A DNA stretch of 64,000 nucleotides, from assembly GCF_044704955.1 (NCBI RefSeq), contig NC_091991.1:177692001-177756000 (forward strand). The letters run 5' to 3'. Shown here piece by piece: positions 63,190 to 64,000 of this stretch. The notes below the pieces were generated by a model. That model saw only the letters and a list, made by a program, of their open reading frames with translations, made no database searches and was not told where the DNA came from. Positions within the stretch are counted from its first letter, which is position 1. Every line of letters begins with the position of its first letter. A program made the position numbers and the translations under genes. This DNA is from Pristiophorus japonicus (Eukaryota).

Positions 63190-64000
63190 TAGTTCAGTTC
63201 CTATGGATTGGAGGGTAGCTAATGTAACCCCACTTTTTAAAAAAGGGAGAGAAACACAGAATTATAGACCGGTTAGCCTGACATCGGTGATGGGGAAAAT
63301 GCTGGAATCAATTATTAAAAAGATGTAATAGCAGCGCATTTGGAAAGCAGTGACAGGATCGGTCCAAGTCAGCATGGATTTATGAAAGGGAAATCATGCT
63401 CGACAAATCTTCTGCAATTTTTTTGAGGATGTAACTAGTAGAGTAGACAAGGGAGAACCAGTGGATGTGGCGTATTTGGATTTTCAAAAAAGGCTTTTGA
63501 CAAGGTCCCACGCAAGAGATTGGTGTGCAAAATTAAGGCACGTGGTATTGGGGGTAATGTATTGATGTGGATAGAGAACTGGTTGGTAGACAGGAAGCAA
63601 AGAGTGGGAATAAACGGGTCCTTTTCAGAACGGCAGGCAGTGACTCGTGGGGTACCGCAAGGTTCAGTGCTGGGACCCCAGCTATTTACAATTTAAATTA
63701 ATGATTTTGACGAAAGAATTGAATGTAATATCTCCAAGTTTGCAGATAACACTAAGCTGGGTGGCAGTGCGAGCTGCTAGTAGGATGCCAAGAGGCTGCA
63801 GAGGGACTTGGACAGGTTAGGTGAATGGGCAAATGCATGGCTGATGCTGTATAATGTGGATAAATGTGAGGTCATCCACTTTGGTGGCATGAACAGGAAG
63901 GCAGATTATCTGAATGGTGACAGATTAGTAAAAGGGGAGGTGCACGAGACCTGGGTGTCATGGTACATCAGTCATTGAAGCTAGGCATGCAGGTACAGCA
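63190..64000 (+). mobile_element. Degenerate CR1 RT fragment in an SNX8 intron (runs off the window)
   Basis: Nucleotide match to 21380-22190 with multiple frameshifts and stops. Confidence 0.9.

Overview
Vertebrate nuclear DNA, most likely a shark or other elasmobranch, judged from the repeat content (SacSINE1/DeuSINE-type SINEs and abundant CR1, L2 and RTE LINEs). The window holds the gene block MAD1L1(-), MRM2/FTSJ2(-), NUDT1/MTH1(+), SNX8(-), in the order and orientation I recall for human 7p22.3. I reconstructed by hand the first six coding exons of MAD1L1 (the gene continues off the left edge), the MRM2 CDS (two coding exons, 232 aa from the ATG at 38867), the complete NUDT1 CDS (three coding exons, 162 aa) and the last two coding exons of SNX8 with an apparently ~5.8 kb 3' UTR. 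All have canonical GT-AG boundaries. Most long ORFs in the supplied track are LINE reverse transcriptase fragments or antisense/low-complexity artefacts. I found no clear-cut new biological system. The best leads are: near-identical inverted CR1 copies bracketing the start-codon exon of MAD1L1; a second inverted pair around two phase-0 exons; a Penelope-type minimal hammerhead ribozyme remnant; an RTE-tailed non-autonomous element with a hairpin plus TATA-like head; an RTE insertion with a twin-priming-like 5' inversion; a possible unannotated minus-strand terminal exon next to a CTCF-like site; and a Gly-to-Ser change in the NUDT1 Nudix box. Repeat boundaries were read by eye and are approximate unless a TSD is quoted.
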